From NCBI GenBank assembly GCA_965240325.2, contig OZ251222.1:434001-498000 (forward strand): a stretch of DNA of 64,000 bases, written 5' to 3'. The notes beneath the pieces are model-generated. The model did not search any database. It was not told the DNA's origin and worked only from the letters and a program-made list of their open reading frames with translations. The position numbers were made by a program, and so were the translations under genes. Every line of letters starts with the position of its first letter. Position 1 is the stretch's first letter. Positions 62,350-64,000 of the stretch are shown in pieces. The stretch is from Rebecca billardiae RCC1528. Its lineage: Eukaryota > Protista > Haptophyta.

Positions 62350-63915
62350 TCAGCCGACGCGGATGTCATCGAAGCGCACGTCGTCGAGCTGGACAGTGTC
62401 CGCGCTGCCAAACGCGAGCGCGCGCCCCGCCGTGCTGCGCTTGGTCACCAGCGCGTCCGGCGGCGGCGGCGGCGGCCGTTGCGCGCTCGCCCGACCGAGC
62501 GTGGGCATCGTCGGCGCGCGCACCAGCCGGTGCTTGGCTGTGGGCGCGAGCCCGTGCCGCTGCTCTGCCGCCTCGGCCGCGGCGAACGGCTTCGTCTTGG
62601 TCGTGCTGAACCCCGGCGAGCGCGTCAACGCGCGCACCATGCCCGGGCGCTCGGCAGCGGCCGCCCGGCCGTTGAGCGCGCTCGCGCCGAGGGCGCGCAG
62701 CGCCGGCCTCGGCCGGAAGCGCGGGCGGGCGACGCGCTGGATGGTGACGGCGGCGGCGCGGTGGCGCGCAAGCTCGCGCCGCGCACGCGCCGCGCGAGCC
62801 GCCGCCTGCAGGCGCGTCGCCGCCCGCCGCGCCCGCGCCAAGCGCACGCGCGCCCGCCGGGCGCGCGCGTGCGCCTGGCAGCGCACGGCCGCGCGCCGCA
62901 GCTTGAGCTGCTGCCGCCGCTCGATGATGGCGGCCATCTCCTCGTCGGCGGCGGAGGGCGCGGCGGCGAGGGGCGGCGGGCTGGACGCGCCGAAGCCGGG
63001 CCCGCCGCCGAACGGCCACGTGCGCTTCCGCGCGGGCTGCGCCGCCGCCTGCACCACGTTGGTCAGCGCGCCGGCCGCGTAGTAGAAGCGCGGGTCTCCC
63101 TCCGGAACGATTGCGGCGACTTCGCGCAGCATGGCGAGGAGCTGGGGCTGCTTGCGGAGGAGAGCGACGTACGCGGGGAGGGCGGAGAGGTTCTGCATCG
63201 TGGCGAGCGCGTACGACTGCACCTCGTCGTCCGTGACGCACGGCGCGAGCCGCGCCAGAAGCTCGAGCGCTCCGGCGCGGACCGCGAGCGCGTGCCCTCC
63301 GATGTACAGCAGGTTGGCGACGGCGGAGAGGCCGACGGCAACCACCTTGGGCTCGGCGAGGTTGAGGACGGGGATACGTGGGGCGCCATCGTCGTCTGCC
63401 GCGCCGATCGCGCCGAGGCTCGCGCCGCCCGCGCGCTCCCGCTCGGCCGGCGCGCTGAGGGCGTCGATGGTCGAGATCAAGGCGGGGACGACTGCAGAGC
63501 GCGAGATCGCGCCGAGCTGCGAGGGCTCGGCGCGGCGCATGAAGTGAGCGAGCTGGAGCAGCGCCTCGCGTTGCCGTGGCAGCGACTCGCCCGGCCGCGT
63601 GCCCACCGCTGGCCGCAGCTCGTGCGCCGTGACGCGCAGCATTGCGAGCGTGTGCGCCTGCTGCTGCGCTCCAAACGGTCGCGGCAGGCGCCAGCCCGTG
63701 CGCGCGAGCTGGGCACGGGACGCGCTCGGGCCGTTTGGCCGAGCCTTGGCGCCAGTGTCGCGCCTGGCAAGCCCGCCGCTGCCGCCCATGGCGCCACTCG
63801 GCGCGGCGGCCGCGCCCGCCGCGTGAGGCGCGACGCCGAGCGAGCTCTTCCGCATCATTCGAGCTCGAACGCCCTGTCTGAGCGTGGCCGCCGCCGTTTC
63901 ACCGTCTTCTCCCAT
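62350..63915 (-). CDS. Armadillo-repeat protein with tandem IQ motifs
   Basis: VVPALIS, AVANL, AGALELLARL..VQSYALATMQNLS, AAGALTNV. IQ-like AAVRCQAHAR, AATRLQAAAR, AAVTIQRVAR. Confidence 0.75.
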   Translation of the reverse strand: MGEDGETAAATLRQGVRARMMRKSSLGVAPHAAGAAAAPSGAMGGSGGLARRDTGAKARPNGPSASRAQLARTGWRLPRPFGAQQQAHTLAMLRVTAHELRPAVGTRPGESLPRQREALLQLAHFMRRAEPSQLGAISRSAVVPALISTIDALSAPAERERAGGASLGAIGAADDDGAPRIPVLNLAEPKVVAVGLSAVANLLYIGGHALAVRAGALELLARLAPCVTDDEVQSYALATMQNLSALPAYVALLRKQPQLLAMLREVAAIVPEGDPRFYYAAGALTNVVQAAAQPARKRTWPFGGGPGFGASSPPPLAAAPSAADEEMAAIIERRQQLKLRRAAVRCQAHARARRARVRLARARRAATRLQAAARAARARRELARHRAAAVTIQRVARPRFRPRPALRALGASALNGRAAAAERPGMVRALTRSPGFSTTKTKPFAAAEAAEQRHGLAPTAKHRLVRAPTMPTLGRASAQRPPPPPPDALVTKRSTAGRALAFGSADTVQLDDVRFDDIRVG

Positions 63916-64000
63916 AGCTAAAGCGCCTGACGAATTCGGACGACGAAACGGCTGAAAATGGCCGCCCGTCCCGTCCTCACATCCACCTGCGCAGTCGTGC

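Noticed and set aside
16969-63915. Ca2+-signalling or glycan-synthesis gene cluster
   Set aside because: The genes are scattered among unrelated loci; consistent with chance in a gene-dense genome.
1-64000. tRNA, rRNA or snRNA genes
   Set aside because: None recognised by eye; a covariance-model scan would be needed to exclude them.

Overview
Gene-dense, very GC-rich eukaryotic nuclear DNA. Short GC-rich spliceosomal introns (mostly GTGCGC...CAG) and (TA)n tracts at convergent gene ends suggest a haptophyte alga such as Diacronema/Pavlova; this is inference, not an identification. About 27 protein-coding loci can be supported from motifs: a SNF2 fragment, a GT8+GT29 glycosyltransferase, a TBC RabGAP, DUF6625, a SAM-domain protein, HOP2, DUF5690, a polycystin-like protein, FAM32A, a two-pore channel, a ZnF-UBA-RING protein, AP2 mu, a 5'-nucleotidase, two ankyrin paralogues flanking a TauD dioxygenase, a sulfotransferase-like protein, a BT1 transporter, SEC14, a CHI-fold protein, ABHD14, a TMEM181-anoctamin fusion, a TrmB-like protein, a RING-TRAF protein, an ARM-IQ protein and two small proteins of unknown function. 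Five non-autonomous DNA-transposon-like elements are present: a 396-bp-arm foldback, an element with a 4-bp TSD, a Tc1/mariner MITE, a piggyBac-like element and a small MITE. There is also a probable mariner excision footprint. The most notable items are the single-reading-frame TMEM181-anoctamin fusion, an ankyrin gene pair with constant ends and a shuffled, surface-variable repeat array, and the GT8-sialyltransferase fusion. No rRNA, tRNA or CRISPR array was recognised. All family calls come from motif recognition by eye, not database searches.
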